Assembly (NCBI RefSeq): GCF_041146345.1
Contig: NW_027191402.1
Span: forward strand, 124,001 to 188,000
Length of the DNA stretch: 64,000 bases
Source of the DNA: Neodothiora populina
Taxonomy: Eukaryota
Direction: 5' to 3'
Below are positions 62,333-64,000 of this stretch, in pieces. Each line of letters opens with the position of its first letter. Position 1 is the stretch's first letter. Under the pieces are notes generated by a model that did not search any database, was not told the DNA's origin, and saw only the letters and a program-made list of their open reading frames with translations. Both the position numbers and the translations under genes were made by a program.

Positions 62333-64000
62333 TTACTGTTGTGCCTGCATTTGACCCTTCAGAGCCTTCAATTCTGTCATTCCAGCTAGAATAACTCCCA
62401 GAATATCGTCCATTGACTTGCAATCCTGGAGTATACCTGGCCTGAAAGGTTGTACCATGTTCCTCAAAGCCAAGGTCGTAACGCACGTCTGTAAAATTTG
62501 TTAGCCTGATATATGGTCATTGAATACATAGGATGAAAACGTACCTCAATTCTACTGATCTGATGTTCAACAAAATTGACGACGAAGCGATCCGTAATCT
62601 CTCCACCCCGCGACTTCATTCTCTCGAGTAATGCCGTTTCCGGCGGCTTAAGCTCTGTGATACCCGGGCATTGCAAACTGCTGCACAGCATTTCAAGTCT
62701 CAGGCTGACTTTCCAGAGATCCCAAACGTGCTGTGTATCAATGGTGAGTTGACTGTCCGCGCTCTTCTGTGCGACTGTACCATCGGGGCCTTCAACGCCG
62801 ACATCCTTCTCGGCCGCTTGCTGTTGCTGAACAATCAGACGAGATGACAGTGCGTGAGGATACATCAGATAAATATATTCGGGATTTTCGAGACCCTTCA
62901 GGTTCCGCTGTCCAAGATCTTTGACTTCGAAACCTTGACTACTCAGGGAACGAAGCTCGCGACGGATCGCAGCACCCATCAGCTCGTCGCCCATGGCGTC
63001 TTCGGACCCCGTTGAGCCAACTCTGTCAGATTCGATGTGCGTTTCCAGGAGACGCTGAATTTCCGCAATGAAATCCGATGAGACAGTGATCTGACCTCCG
63101 TCGGCCACAGACGATATACGAGCTGCACGATTGACCATGGGGCCGAAGTAGTCCATGCGCTTGGTGACTGGATCTTGTTCGCACACAGGATGTCCCCAAT
63201 GGATGCCCATACGCACAGACAGACCGCGGAAGATCCTGTTGCCGTCGTTGTCCAGTACTTCTTGACCGTGAATACTTGACAAGATCTCTTGTGGCCAAGG
63301 TACATCCAGTAGCTGTATCTGCACGGTGAAACACCAAAGAAGTGCACTGGTGACAGTTGAGAATGCGACCATGAAGGCATCGCCTTCAGTCTTGACTTCA
63401 TAGCCACCAATGATACGCAGTTGTCGTCGCATGATCTCGTTGTGCATCTTGATAGCGCTGCGCATTGCAATGGGGTATGTCTCCCAAAGCATGGTACTAT
63501 TCTTGATGTCGGTGAAGACAAGACTTACCTCGCCCTGCGGAGGCTCAATCTCTTGATCCAGTCTTGCTAGTTTTGAGTCTCCGACATTCTCACGACCACG
63601 TTTAGCACGGCGGTTCGAGGTAAAATAATCGTCCGGTGTACCAGACGGACCCATGCTCATGCTATGGGTCCGGAAGCGAGCGCGCTCACGTTTGCGCATA
63701 TCGCTGACGCCCAGCATCATCACCATAATCTTGTTGTTGGCACCGAACGCAATGGCCAGATCACGCAGCTTCTGTGCTGCACGCATTAGATCCCCACGCT
63801 CTGAGCGTGCTACGTCAACTGCGAAGTCTGTTGACAGGTAGTCCCACATCTCCCTGGAGGCTATCATGACAATTTCATCCGACTCCTTCAGAGACACGTG
63901 ACTGGTGTGCGGAGCTGCTATCACACCCGGTAGATGCTGAACATAGCCAAAGGCACGAGAGACTTCGAGGACGTCGTTCAACTTTCCTTGTCGGGATACG
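62333..64000 (-). CDS. CYR1: Adenylate cyclase, C-terminal part (PP2C-like domain end + catalytic domain); 5' part outside the window
   Basis: VFTDIKNST, YEVKTEGDAFMV, GLSVRMGIHWG, RMDYFGPMVNRAARI and LKGLENPE. Intron 62544-62489, last exon TCVTTLALRNM...QMQAQQ* ending at 62333. Confidence 0.97.

Noticed and set aside
1..64000. Transposons, RIP-degraded repeats, CRISPR arrays, tRNA/rRNA genes, secondary-metabolite clusters
   Set aside because: No transposase or RT motifs, terminal repeats, AT-rich RIP blocks, repeat-spacer arrays, cloverleafs or PKS/NRPS genes were seen by eye.

Overview
Gene-dense eukaryotic DNA from a filamentous ascomycete. Short GT-AG introns with CTRAC/CTAAY branch points and the protein sequences suggest Pezizomycotina, probably a Dothideomycete (inference). 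About 22 protein-coding genes are present, mostly housekeeping: fimbrin (partial), sterol O-acyltransferase, RMT2, a dienelactone-hydrolase/SnoaL-like protein, a class I sirtuin, a hybrid histidine kinase, RPB5, MAD1, a quinone oxidoreductase, DBP3, a frameshifted DUF3176-type membrane protein, UBP14, RFA1, ISU1, a BTB-like protein, Cdc25 phosphatase, POL5, a GNAT, a pyroglutamyl-peptidase-like gene, SUA5 and adenylate cyclase (partial). No transposon, CRISPR, rRNA or tRNA was recognised. The most striking observation is at ISU1 (Fe-S scaffold). The conserved YHEKVLDHY motif is rebuilt exactly only by removing a 137-nt non-canonical AT-AC intron with U2-type signals and a competing AG just before the AC. 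The ISU1 promoter also carries exact SreA-type and HapX/CBC-type iron-regulatory motifs, which suggests splicing-level control of Fe-S biogenesis. A 5.3-kb gene-free interval (50.8-56.2 kb) holds candidate ncRNA signals. All exon boundaries were read by eye and need RNA-seq confirmation.
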